Of a DNA stretch of 64,000 nt, positions 10,174 to 19,573 are shown in pieces. The position numbers and the translations under genes were made by a program. The notes under the pieces are model-generated. The model made no database searches. It was given only the letters and a program-made list of their open reading frames with translations, and had not been told where the DNA came from. How positions within the stretch are numbered: position 1 is the stretch's first letter; every line of letters begins with the position of its first letter. This stretch comes from an uncultured Patescibacteria group bacterium (GTDB lineage Bacteria > Patescibacteriota > Microgenomatia > UBA10105 > UBA927): assembly GCA_937921305.1 (NCBI GenBank), contig CAKZSU010000007.1:45330-109329 (forward strand), written 5' to 3'.

Positions 10174-11895
10174 TTACTTCTTTTCAATATTAAACAACGG
10201 ACTGCGGATTGAAATATATCCAGGGGCGCGAAGATTAAAGACCTCTCGAAATTCACTTCCTGGAATCCGAACCTCTCCTTTATTTGTTTGAAAAATGACC
10301 ATGTCTGTGTACCCATTGGTATTATACGTCACCGACACAGATGATACTGTCGTAAATCCCCCAAGAGATCGAAGCTCGTCTATAGAATACGGATTCCCTT
10401 TCGCACCATTAATGGGGCATTGATTAATTGTGGTCGGAAGAATTCTGCTTGTATCTCCTCCGCTTTTTCGCGCATGCCATGCGTTTAGCATATCTGCAAA
10501 TTCCTCCATGGTAAGCCATGGATGATTTCTTCCGCATTTTGCCGAGGAATTGAGGTAATTCTCTGTATACCAACCTTTATAAAACCATGGGCTGTTGGCG
10601 ATTTTTTCATACGCATCGCCAGTCCAACAACCTTGATTCCCGCATACTGTATCCCACCCCATGGTTGTGATATACCCGCCAGTTGTGGAAGAGTAGTACG
10701 CGATCACACCCTCAACCACTTGCCCTCGTGTTTCTTGCACCGCTTCTCGCCATGCTTGCGGTGGATTATTTGCTTTACTCTGCAAAAACACCTGACACGC
10801 TTGCGTCGTGCAGATTGCTTTTCCGTCTTGCTTATATCGCCACGCGTATGACCGCGCCGCGATCGCCTGCGCTTTTAATGCTTCTTTTGGGAAATTTGAC
10901 GGCATTTCTGCAATACCAAGAAGATAATAGTCTTCAAAATTCACGCTTCCCACACCTTGCACCACAATATTTCCGTTCGTGTCTCGCATTTCCGGTGTCC
11001 TGCCGTAATATGCGCGCAAGATATCGTTCGCACTTTGTCCTCGCTCTGCTCGTCCTTTTGCGCCATACTGACTCATGCCTTTTCTATGCGTATACGCGCC
11101 GAAGGAAAACCCGGCAAACGCCGGAGAAAATCCGGGGTCAAAGGTCGGACGGCTATTTGGGTCGTCGGACAATGGCACATCGCCAACGCTTGTGGTGAAC
11201 ACACCACCTCGTGCGTTTAAAATCGCTTGTTGTTGGGCCGTAAGACTTGCGATGAATCCAGAAACTTGCGACTGGTACGCGTTTGCCTCATCAATCAGTT
11301 TCTTGACAGACTTCGCGCGTTTGTCAGTTTCTTCTTTCATTGCGGAAAGCGCCAGTTGTTCTCGTTCTAAATCTCTCTTTCTTTCTTCAAGAGATACGAT
11401 GCTATGCGATGTTTTCGCGATCTCACGCTTGTGATAATCGGTAATCATTTGATGATAGGTAAGAAGCCGTGTCGCGCTGCCGATGTCATCGGATGAAAAC
11501 ATCGTGTACAATGGATGATAGGTATGCGATCGAATATAAAAGTGACGAAGTTTAATAGATGCGGAATCAATAAGCGAGGCCAGATCGTGTTCTCGTTCTT
11601 GAATCGCCTTGCTTTTTTTTACCAACGACTCTTGCAACGTTTTGAGTCTTGCCTGAAACGCGGCAATGTCCGATTCCATCTTTTTGAGCGCGTCCACATG
11701 GGGCTTCTTCGCCGCTTCCATAGCATTCCATGCCTCCTGACATTTTTGAATTTTCCCTTTACAATCATCAATAGAGGAACACGATGCGTCGCAAGATTGG
11801 GCAACAATAGTTTGCTGACTCAACAAAAAAAAAGAAACAACTACACTGAAATAAAAAAGAAAAACTCTACGTTGAGAATTAAAATTATGCGTCAT
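10174..11895 (-). CDS. SpoIID/LytB-domain peptidoglycan lytic transglycosylase with N-terminal coiled coil
   Basis: Signal peptide, long coiled coil, HRKGMSQYGA, EMPSNFPKEALKAQAIAARSY, CTTQACQVF. Confidence 0.88.
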   Translation of the reverse strand: MTHNFNSQRRVFLFYFSVVVSFFLLSQQTIVAQSCDASCSSIDDCKGKIQKCQEAWNAMEAAKKPHVDALKKMESDIAAFQARLKTLQESLVKKSKAIQEREHDLASLIDSASIKLRHFYIRSHTYHPLYTMFSSDDIGSATRLLTYHQMITDYHKREIAKTSHSIVSLEERKRDLEREQLALSAMKEETDKRAKSVKKLIDEANAYQSQVSGFIASLTAQQQAILNARGGVFTTSVGDVPLSDDPNSRPTFDPGFSPAFAGFSFGAYTHRKGMSQYGAKGRAERGQSANDILRAYYGRTPEMRDTNGNIVVQGVGSVNFEDYYLLGIAEMPSNFPKEALKAQAIAARSYAWRYKQDGKAICTTQACQVFLQSKANNPPQAWREAVQETRGQVVEGVIAYYSSTTGGYITTMGWDTVCGNQGCWTGDAYEKIANSPWFYKGWYTENYLNSSAKCGRNHPWLTMEEFADMLNAWHARKSGGDTSRILPTTINQCPINGAKGNPYSIDELRSLGGFTTVSSVSVTYNTNGYTDMVIFQTNKGEVRIPGSEFREVFNLRAPGYISIRSPLFNIEKK

Positions 11896-12771
11896 AACCA
11901 GATCAGGAATATTATCACTATAGCATGTTGTGCGCTATTTTTTTTGATAATATTCTGGCATTTTCCAAATACAATATACGCTTGTGATCCAAATAAACTC
12001 ACAATAGCCCCTGAAGTTCTTGAGAATGCCGACACGCCATTAACCTTTTCCATATCGGGGTGTTCAGCAAATGAATTAATTGTTGTTTCTGTCATAGATA
12101 CAAAGAATAATCATCAGATGATATATGGATCTCCAATAAAATTTTTTCCTTCATCAAATGGAACAGCATCAAGAACGATTCAGAATTTTATGCCTGTAGA
12201 CAGAATAAAAAATATTACTTACCCTTTTCAAGGAAAATTAGTAATAATGACATCAGATTTCAGGGAAATTGCAACTAAAAAATTAACACAATTGCCATCC
12301 CCAGCCCCACCACCTCCTTCTGCACCTACCACCTCACAATTACCAACCCTAACACAAGGACCAGTCCCATCACCTACTTCTATACCTCCCACCTCTGCTC
12401 CTCGCTCGAGCGATTACCGATTCATTGTAAATAACTGCGGAAATGGAAGCAACAATGGAATCGGCGTCCTCACCGCCATCGGGTGTATTTCCGGCAACGT
12501 AGGAAAACTTACTGCCACATTTCTCCGCATCGGAATCGGCATCGCGGGAGGACTCGCGTTCCTCCTTATTATCTTTGGCGGGCTTCGAATCATCTTAAGC
12601 TCTGGTCACCCAGAGGCCATGATGGAAGGAAGAGAAATTGTTACATCGGCAATCGTGGGGCTTCTGCTAATTATCTTTTCCGTCTTTCTTCTCCGATTTA
12701 TCAGCGTCGATGTCCTTAAACTCCCCGGATTCTCCGCTGAACAAACACAAACATCGCCAACGCAAGAATAA
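11887..12771 (+). CDS. CPR-type (TrbC/VirB2-like) pilin with N-terminal extracellular domain and Pro/Thr linker
   Basis: C-terminal IAGGLAFLLIIFGG..SSGHPE..EGREIVTSAIVGLL; start reassigned to ATG 11887. Confidence 0.75.
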   Translation: MRHNQIRNIITIACCALFFLIIFWHFPNTIYACDPNKLTIAPEVLENADTPLTFSISGCSANELIVVSVIDTKNNHQMIYGSPIKFFPSSNGTASRTIQNFMPVDRIKNITYPFQGKLVIMTSDFREIATKKLTQLPSPAPPPPSAPTTSQLPTLTQGPVPSPTSIPPTSAPRSSDYRFIVNNCGNGSNNGIGVLTAIGCISGNVGKLTATFLRIGIGIAGGLAFLLIIFGGLRIILSSGHPEAMMEGREIVTSAIVGLLLIIFSVFLLRFISVDVLKLPGFSAEQTQTSPTQE

Positions 12772-12823
12772 AGATAAATACCATTCTACAAATCCTCTCT
12801 CTTATATGCTATAATCTAGCTCC

Positions 12824-13171
12824 ATGAAAAAAACTATAGGTCAAATTGCGAGAGGATTTGCTATTATCTTTTGCAACCCAGAACAAACGAAGATCCAAAC
12901 CGCCATTGGATGCATTGAAACATCCACAAACAAACTAACATCTCAAATAGTATCGATAAGCCTTGGCATAGCCGGCGGTGTCGCATTTTTAATGATTCTA
13001 TTGGGCGCGTTGCAAATTCAAACAAGCGCAGGAAATCCGGAACGCATTAATCAAGGAAAAGAGATTATCGAAGGCGCAATTGTTGGCTTATTGCTTATCA
13101 TTTTCTCTGTCTTTATACTAAAAGTAATTGGTGTTGATATCCTCAAAATTCCAGGATTTGAAGCATCATAA
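12824..13171 (+). CDS. CPR-type pilin
   Basis: TM-SAGNPERINQGKEIIEGAIVGL-TM. Confidence 0.8.
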   Translation: MKKTIGQIARGFAIIFCNPEQTKIQTAIGCIETSTNKLTSQIVSISLGIAGGVAFLMILLGALQIQTSAGNPERINQGKEIIEGAIVGLLLIIFSVFILKVIGVDILKIPGFEAS

Positions 13172-13178
13172 CATCATT

Positions 13179-13514
13179 ATGCTTGCGCAACGACTTACAT
13201 TGCCGGGAAATAATGGCGGCATAACAATTGAAGGACCTGCAGGATACTCCGCAGGAAATACCTTGGGAGAGGTTATATCAAATATTTATCCATTCCTGTT
13301 TGTGTTTGCAGGCATTGGGTTGCTTTTCATGTTAATATTTGGCGGATTTCAGCTTCTTACGGGAGGAACAGACCCAAAACGCATAGAAATAGGAAAACAA
13401 CGCATAACGTTTGCAATTGTTGGATTCCTCATTGTCTTTTTTGCTTTTTGGATGGTCCAATTTGTTGGTATGATCTTTAATCTTACAGAATTTACGTCTA
13501 TCTTTGGACCATGA
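13179..13514 (+). CDS. CPR-type pilin
   Basis: TM-GGTDPKRIEIGKQRITFAIVGF-TM. Confidence 0.8.
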   Translation: MLAQRLTLPGNNGGITIEGPAGYSAGNTLGEVISNIYPFLFVFAGIGLLFMLIFGGFQLLTGGTDPKRIEIGKQRITFAIVGFLIVFFAFWMVQFVGMIFNLTEFTSIFGP

Positions 13515-13520
13515 TAGTAA

Positions 13521-14198
13521 TTACACGCCAAAATTTCGCTTCCTCTTTTGAAATTCTTCAATCGCTTCATCTAAATGATCTGGCGTAAAGTCTGGCATAT
13601 ACCATGACGGAAAATATAATTCACTATACTCGCTTTGCCACAACAAAAATCCTGACAATCTCTGTTCTCCACCTGTCCGAATAATCAAATCAGGATCGGG
13701 AATGCCGGATGTGTCAAGAAAACGCGAAAACTGTTCTGGATCTAGTGTGTTCTTGATGTCATTAGGGATGGCTCGAATCGCGCGAACAATCTCGTCTCTT
13801 CCACCGTAATTTACGGCAAAAATTGTCGTGATCGCGGTATTGTGCTTTGTTATTTCAACAATCTCTTGAAGCCCTTCTTGAATATCGCGATCAAACGCTT
13901 GTATGTCGCCAATAATTTGTATTTTCGCCCCTTTTTCATGAAGTTTCCGCCATTTTGTTGTTATTACCTGACGAAATAATCGCATAATGCCCGATATTTC
14001 TTCTTTTGTCCGTCGCCAATTTTCTGTGGACCATACCCAAAATGTCAGATACCTCACTCCTCGCTTTCCCGCGTGTTCAATAAGAGGACCCAAGATATGA
14101 TCAACAACGCGACGATGTCCTTCAAGAATGGGGAGGTTGTACGCTCTTGCCCACCGCCGATTTCCATCCATGATAATCGCAATATGTGTTGGTATCAT
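13521..14198 (-). CDS. uppS: Undecaprenyl diphosphate synthase
   Basis: HIAIIMDGNRRWA, STENWRR, NYGGRDEI, DLIIRTGGEQRLSGFLLWQ. Confidence 0.95.
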   Translation of the reverse strand: MIPTHIAIIMDGNRRWARAYNLPILEGHRRVVDHILGPLIEHAGKRGVRYLTFWVWSTENWRRTKEEISGIMRLFRQVITTKWRKLHEKGAKIQIIGDIQAFDRDIQEGLQEIVEITKHNTAITTIFAVNYGGRDEIVRAIRAIPNDIKNTLDPEQFSRFLDTSGIPDPDLIIRTGGEQRLSGFLLWQSEYSELYFPSWYMPDFTPDHLDEAIEEFQKRKRNFGV

Positions 14199-14247
14199 AC
14201 TGATTAGAATGTTCTTGGATTATACACAATCGGAATGTATATCGTCT

Positions 14248-15225
14248 CTAAAACAGATGCGTGTTGCTTTGTCTTGCTCCTACTGATGGTGTGTTTATAC
14301 TAATCTGCTTCACATACGGAAGATCTCGAAGAAATGTTTGTAAACGATTTACTGTTTGTTCCTCGCACAGCACATGAATATCTTGGCCGGTATTAAGCGT
14401 GAGGTACACAGGTAATCCTTGCTTTCGCCATGCGTGAATCTGTTTAATAAAAACAATCGTCGCTTCTGTCCAATACACCAACGGAGGCCACGAAGTAAGC
14501 ATAATCGCATGCATCTCAAACGCTTCACGCTCGGCAAGCACACCCAATCGTTCAAAATCTTTCTTCTTTACCGCTTCCTTTGCTTCGCTCAACTTCTGTT
14601 CAATATAATTCATTCGGGCTTCATAGAATACGCTCGTTTCCGCAAGTATTTGTCCTTCTTCGCTTGAAACGGATTTTTTTTCATCGCTGACAATCACAAC
14701 AACATCGTGTAACTTCCAATGCTCGGAAGGATACAGGGAATATGCATAAGATGAATCGCTTGTTGACCCTTTGACCCACTCAACAAACCCGTCAGGAATG
14801 CTTCTTGCGGCAGAGCCAGACCCCTGCCGAGCAAGTATAGAAAGCTCTTGTTCTGAGAGATTCAACGATAAAGCGTCGACCGCGGCTTTTGTCAACGCGG
14901 CGAACCCGGACGCGGATGACGATAATCCCGTACTAGACGGAAATGAATTTTTGCTTACGACTTTTGCCCGAAGATTGGTTTTCGCGATCGCTCGAATTCT
15001 ATCAAGGTGCTTGGAAACACGAGCTGTTGCTTTATCGTGGACAACGCCGTCAATCACCACATCATCTGTTGGATAGGATGAAGAAAATTCAACGGTTGTG
15101 ATTGTATATAACCCGCTTAAATTCATTGAAATGCTTCCGTTTGCCGGAAGTCGCAAGGCTTCATTGCTCTTTCCCCAATACTTAACAAACGCGATGTTTG
15201 ATGGCGCAATCGCAGTCGCTTTCAT
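14248..15225 (-). CDS. mvaD: (Di)phosphomevalonate decarboxylase
   Basis: NIAFVKYWGK, GLSSSASGFAAL, RQGSGSAARS. Confidence 0.9.
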   Translation of the reverse strand: MKATAIAPSNIAFVKYWGKSNEALRLPANGSISMNLSGLYTITTVEFSSSYPTDDVVIDGVVHDKATARVSKHLDRIRAIAKTNLRAKVVSKNSFPSSTGLSSSASGFAALTKAAVDALSLNLSEQELSILARQGSGSAARSIPDGFVEWVKGSTSDSSYAYSLYPSEHWKLHDVVVIVSDEKKSVSSEEGQILAETSVFYEARMNYIEQKLSEAKEAVKKKDFERLGVLAEREAFEMHAIMLTSWPPLVYWTEATIVFIKQIHAWRKQGLPVYLTLNTGQDIHVLCEEQTVNRLQTFLRDLPYVKQISINTPSVGARQSNTHLF

Positions 15226-16133
15226 ACTTCCAGACGAGCTCCTTCTTCATCAAACGCCACGAAAACAACCTCTCCTCCCGCTAAGCGAATGGCTGTTGAG
15301 ATATCTTCTTCCCTCTCTTTTGACACAAGCGCAATCATACAGTCGCCTCTTCCCGCTCCAGAGAGCTTCGCGCCAAACGCACCAGCACGTTTCGCTGCTA
15401 ACACTAATGAATCAAGCTTCTCAGAACTTACTCCAAGCGTTTGCAGAAGCGAATGATGCTCGTCCATCAACTCGCCAAGCCAGGGCATATTGTTTTCTTT
15501 CATCGCCTGTTTTGCCTGCCAAACAATATTTTCCATGCGATTAAAAAGCAAATCTATCTGCTCTGGATGATGATCGCGTTTCTCCGCTACTTCTCTCACA
15601 ATTTCTACTGTGCTTGCCTTCACGCCAGTATACCCAACAATCAGACGGATATCCTTCCATGGCAATGGCTCTATAATTTCTCCCTTATTTTTATAGAGTA
15701 AAGTTCGACCAAACGATGCTGCCGCGACATCAAATCCAGATCCAACCTTCTGAACAGAAAGAACAACATCAAGAGCGAATAAAAACAGTTCTCGATCTGA
15801 AATCGCCCGTGATGTATATGTCGCAAGCGCTTTGATCAGCGCCACTGTCACCGCGGATGACGACCCAAATCCGTATGCGCCGCTAAATGAACTACGAACA
15901 GTAATCCGAATCGATCGCGGAAGACACCACAAAGAAGATACGCGCGATAACACCGCGTGAATAAATGAATGATCGTTCACACCCGGCGTGTCAATACACA
16001 CTTCATTTCTCTCGTATTCCGCTACAGAAACCTCAATGCGCTTGCTTACTGCTGTCACCACACACGGATGACCATACACCACCGCGTGGTCGCCAAAGAG
16101 CATAAGTTTTCCCGGTGCGCTTGCTTTCACCAT
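15222..16133 (-). CDS. Mevalonate kinase-family GHMP kinase (possibly phosphomevalonate kinase)
   Basis: APGKLMLFGDHAVVYG, GFGSSSA, SGFDVAA, KLSGAGRGDC. Confidence 0.85.
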   Translation of the reverse strand: MVKASAPGKLMLFGDHAVVYGHPCVVTAVSKRIEVSVAEYERNEVCIDTPGVNDHSFIHAVLSRVSSLWCLPRSIRITVRSSFSGAYGFGSSSAVTVALIKALATYTSRAISDRELFLFALDVVLSVQKVGSGFDVAAASFGRTLLYKNKGEIIEPLPWKDIRLIVGYTGVKASTVEIVREVAEKRDHHPEQIDLLFNRMENIVWQAKQAMKENNMPWLGELMDEHHSLLQTLGVSSEKLDSLVLAAKRAGAFGAKLSGAGRGDCMIALVSKEREEDISTAIRLAGGEVVFVAFDEEGARLEV

Positions 16134-16149
16134 ACTTATCGCAACTCGT

Positions 16150-17091
16150 TTAGGAGCGCTGCTCGAGTCGAATCCCTTCCTCTCCCAAGATTACAGACTC
16201 CACGTCGTATCCATACGGATTGCACAGTTCCTGTATCCTTGAAGGATCACGATGATAGCATAATAAAAACCCCACCGCGCCTGTTTTTCCTCCGCCTCCT
16301 AAAATTTTCACCGATCCGCCCGCTTCTTCGATCTGACGGATCAATGGAATTACACGATCGCTCACCACTCCGATCTGTTCAAGTGTTCGCTGTCCATGGC
16401 GTATTGCATCGATTAACATTTCTTCGTTTCCCTCCTTGATTGCCTGCGCCACGCGTTTCGTCTGAATTTCATTATCAGAAAGAATATCTTCAAACGTACC
16501 CGGATTTTCATCTCGTTTCATCTTCACCAACGCAACCATCTCTCCTGTTGTTTCGCTTGGGCGACCCGTGTTAATTAGAACAAAATGATTAAGCGTTTGA
16601 GGAAAAGAAAACGGAAATTTCCAAATGCTTCGAAGGAATTCGAATTCCTTGCGAAACCAAATAAACCCGCCAAATGTCACTGTCGTGTTATCTCCTCCTG
16701 ACGGATTGCCGTGTTGCTTTTTTTCCACTTCATACGCAATCTGATTGATCAATTCTGGATTCCAGATCGTTTTCAGGTGGTATATCACCGCGCCAACCGT
16801 CGCGACCGCAATCGCGGCGGAAGAACCAAGATGATAGCCAATCGGAATGCCGGATGATACGATAATACGAACCCCTGGGAGACGATCCTGTCCCAGATGA
16901 TCGCAGGTCACTTGAACTGCGTGGCGAACATATGCTTCTCCTTCTGTCGTTTCAACAGAAAGACCATCTTGAGAAGATTCGAGAGAAACAACAACACGAC
17001 GATTAATCGCGGCAAGAAGCGCTGGTTTTCCATACACGACCGCGTGTTCTCCCATAAGATGCACTTTTCCAGGGGCTGAAACAATGATCAT
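16150..17091 (-). CDS. mvk: Mevalonate kinase
   Basis: APGKVHLMGEHAVVYGKPA, PIGYHLGSSAA, HGNPSGGD. Confidence 0.85.
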   Translation of the reverse strand: MIIVSAPGKVHLMGEHAVVYGKPALLAAINRRVVVSLESSQDGLSVETTEGEAYVRHAVQVTCDHLGQDRLPGVRIIVSSGIPIGYHLGSSAAIAVATVGAVIYHLKTIWNPELINQIAYEVEKKQHGNPSGGDNTTVTFGGFIWFRKEFEFLRSIWKFPFSFPQTLNHFVLINTGRPSETTGEMVALVKMKRDENPGTFEDILSDNEIQTKRVAQAIKEGNEEMLIDAIRHGQRTLEQIGVVSDRVIPLIRQIEEAGGSVKILGGGGKTGAVGFLLCYHRDPSRIQELCNPYGYDVESVILGEEGIRLEQRS

Positions 17092-17390
17092 AGCGGTTTT
17101 ACTTTTACTCCATACGGTATAACGCCATCTGAGGACGGTTCCATGACCCGACGAAGGACAACAACAACCCGCTGTCCGATGCGAAGCGTTGTTTCGTTGT
17201 GATCAACAACCTGTGCAGTAATCGTTTCCCCGTTATCCAACGCGACCACCGCGATAGGATACGGCGCAAAGGATGAAAATCCCTGTGGTGGCACGTGAAT
17301 CATCGTCCATGTTACAATCGCTCCTTCTTGACCAAGGAGACGACGAATGCGTTTTTGATTTCTCCACACTTTTACTGGCGATTGGTGCAT
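17088..17390 (-). CDS. DUF35 OB-fold scaffold protein of the thiolase/HMG-CoA synthase complex
   Basis: MHQSPVKVWR..GAIVTWT..PYPIAVVALD..IPYGVK; next to thiolase. Confidence 0.8.
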   Translation of the reverse strand: MHQSPVKVWRNQKRIRRLLGQEGAIVTWTMIHVPPQGFSSFAPYPIAVVALDNGETITAQVVDHNETTLRIGQRVVVVLRRVMEPSSDGVIPYGVKVKPL

Positions 17391-18526
17391 AAAATATGAA
17401 CCACGGCGGTAGCGCCCGATCCTCCCACATTGTGTGTCAGACCATATCGAGCGTTCGGTACTTGCCGTTTTCCCGCTGATCTTCGCAATTGTTCCACGAT
17501 TTCGACAAGTTGCTTCACACCGGTCGCCCCAACAGGATGCCCGCACCCCTTGAGCCCACCAGAAGAATTCACCACACGATCAAAGTCTCCATCAAGTCTC
17601 GTTTTTCCCTCTTCGATGGCTTTCGCCGCCTTTCCTTTTTCATAGATTCCTAAATCTTCCATAGCTAAAATTTCCGCTATCGTAAAACAATCATGAACTT
17701 CTAATACCTGAATATCTTTTGGCAAAATACCCGCTTGGGTATACGCTTTTTTTGCGGCGATTCGCGTCGCGCGCAATTCATCAAGAGACGATCGCCTCGC
17801 GATATCTAATGTATCCGTCGCAACAGAACTTGCGAGCACCTGAATGGCATGAATCGGGTGCGATGGCTTTGATGTAATAATCACCGCGGAAGCGCCGTCG
17901 GATATCGGCGAACAATCCAAGAGATGCAATGGGTCTGCAACCATGCTGCTTTGTAACACCTTTTCAACCGTAAGAAGATTCTTAAATTGGGCGTTTGGAT
18001 TCATACTCGCGTGAAAATGGTTTTTTACCGCGACAGACGCAAGCTGCTCTTGCGTTGTGCCGAATCGATGCATGTGAACTCGCGCAAGAAGCGCGTAAAG
18101 CGCAGGAAATGTTGCGCCGCTCATCCGTTCTTCGTCGCTCCCAGCACCTGCAAGCGCTGCTGACACATCTTCGGGCTTATGATCGGTCATTTTTTCAACA
18201 CCAAGAACGCACACTGTCGTATATTGCCCGGAAAGAACGCTCAGAATCGCCATGTGCGCAGCCAACCCGCCTGACGCGCACGCGCCTTCAACCTTAAACG
18301 CCGGAACATGCATGCCAAGCGAATCGGAAAAAAACGCGCCAAGATGCTCCTGCCTTCCCAACATCCCGGAAAGCATGTTGCCAACAAAGAGCGCTTCAAT
18401 ATTGTTCTTTTCTATCCCTGCGTCGCGAATCGCGCGATTAACAACATCGTTTGCAAGCGATCTGGGAGATACGTCCCATAATTCTCCAAACGGCGTGGTC
18501 GCGACTCCGGCAATATATACATTCAT
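17372..18526 (-). CDS. Archaeal/SCP2-type acetoacetyl-CoA thiolase
   Basis: EGACASGG, DCSPISDGA, EVHDCF, GHPVGATG, HNVGG. Confidence 0.9.
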   Translation of the reverse strand: MNVYIAGVATTPFGELWDVSPRSLANDVVNRAIRDAGIEKNNIEALFVGNMLSGMLGRQEHLGAFFSDSLGMHVPAFKVEGACASGGLAAHMAILSVLSGQYTTVCVLGVEKMTDHKPEDVSAALAGAGSDEERMSGATFPALYALLARVHMHRFGTTQEQLASVAVKNHFHASMNPNAQFKNLLTVEKVLQSSMVADPLHLLDCSPISDGASAVIITSKPSHPIHAIQVLASSVATDTLDIARRSSLDELRATRIAAKKAYTQAGILPKDIQVLEVHDCFTIAEILAMEDLGIYEKGKAAKAIEEGKTRLDGDFDRVVNSSGGLKGCGHPVGATGVKQLVEIVEQLRRSAGKRQVPNARYGLTHNVGGSGATAVVHILCTNRQ

Positions 18527-18529
18527 ACG

Positions 18530-19573
18530 TTATATATTCCTTGTCAGTTGTAAATAGGAAACATAATCAACAGTAACACCGTGATTGATCTGCCATTCTA
18601 CTGTTTCTTGTTCATTTTGTTTGCGCCTAAATGCATCGATATGATCCGTAACTTGCCACAAAAACGCGTCGCTCCCGGCGCCTGATCCATACGATATCAT
18701 CATAATCGTTTCTCTGGGGCGCACCTGATCAAGCGTCGCGGCGAACCCAAGCAATGAGGATGCAGAATACGGATTTCCAATGCGATCAACCGTCAGTGAA
18801 TGACGAAGTTGATCATCTCGAAACCCCAACCGTTTTGCCGCTTCTCGAGGAAACTTTCCATTCGGCATATGAAACACGCAATAAGTAACATCAGATGGCT
18901 GAATGTTTGCCAATAAAAAAAGTCGCTTGGCAGAACCAAGCACATGAGCGAAATACGCAGGTTCGCCAGTAAATCGTCCTGCGTGCGATGGGTACCTGAT
19001 GCTTTCTCTTCGCCAAAAATCTGGAGTATCTGAAGAATATGATGTATACGCAAGAAGATTCGCAATCAATGGATATCGATCGTCTCTCCCCATGAGCACC
19101 GCGACAGACGCAGCAGCAGAAGCATACTCTAGTACATCGTGCGGTCTACTTTGCGCGGTATCAGACCCAATCGCAAGACCCATCGAAATATGACCAGACG
19201 ACAATAACCCAGCAGTTGCTTGCATGCCAGCTGTCCCAGCTTTGCACGCGAATTCAAGATCGCTTGCCAGATACTGATTGCCAACACCTAAAAATTCCCC
19301 GACAATCGTCGCCGTTGGATTGACCGCGTACGGATGGCTTTCCGAACCAACAAAAATCGCTTCTATATCCGACGGATTGTAGCCTTGGATCGCTCGAAGA
19401 GACGCTTCAACAGCAAGCGTCACCGCATCTTCGTCTCTTCCAGCGATAGATTTCTCTTTAACTCCTAAAGAAGTCTCAACTTCTCGAGTCGACTTTTTCC
19501 AAACGCGACTTATCTCTTGCGTTGATATTCGATATCGCGGAATATACGCTCCGTATTGAATAATCCCAATCAT
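18530..19573 (-). CDS. Archaeal-type hydroxymethylglutaryl-CoA synthase
   Basis: GSESHPYAVNP, DLEFACKAGT, FHMPNGKFP, GNPYS, SYGSGAGSDAF. Confidence 0.92.
   Translation of the reverse strand: MIGIIQYGAYIPRYRISTQEISRVWKKSTREVETSLGVKEKSIAGRDEDAVTLAVEASLRAIQGYNPSDIEAIFVGSESHPYAVNPTATIVGEFLGVGNQYLASDLEFACKAGTAGMQATAGLLSSGHISMGLAIGSDTAQSRPHDVLEYASAAASVAVLMGRDDRYPLIANLLAYTSYSSDTPDFWRRESIRYPSHAGRFTGEPAYFAHVLGSAKRLFLLANIQPSDVTYCVFHMPNGKFPREAAKRLGFRDDQLRHSLTVDRIGNPYSASSLLGFAATLDQVRPRETIMMISYGSGAGSDAFLWQVTDHIDAFRRKQNEQETVEWQINHGVTVDYVSYLQLTRNI

Noticed and set aside
11515-11886. N-terminal extension of the 418-aa pilin ORF
   Set aside because: It is antisense to the SpoIID gene; a signal peptide follows ATG 11887.
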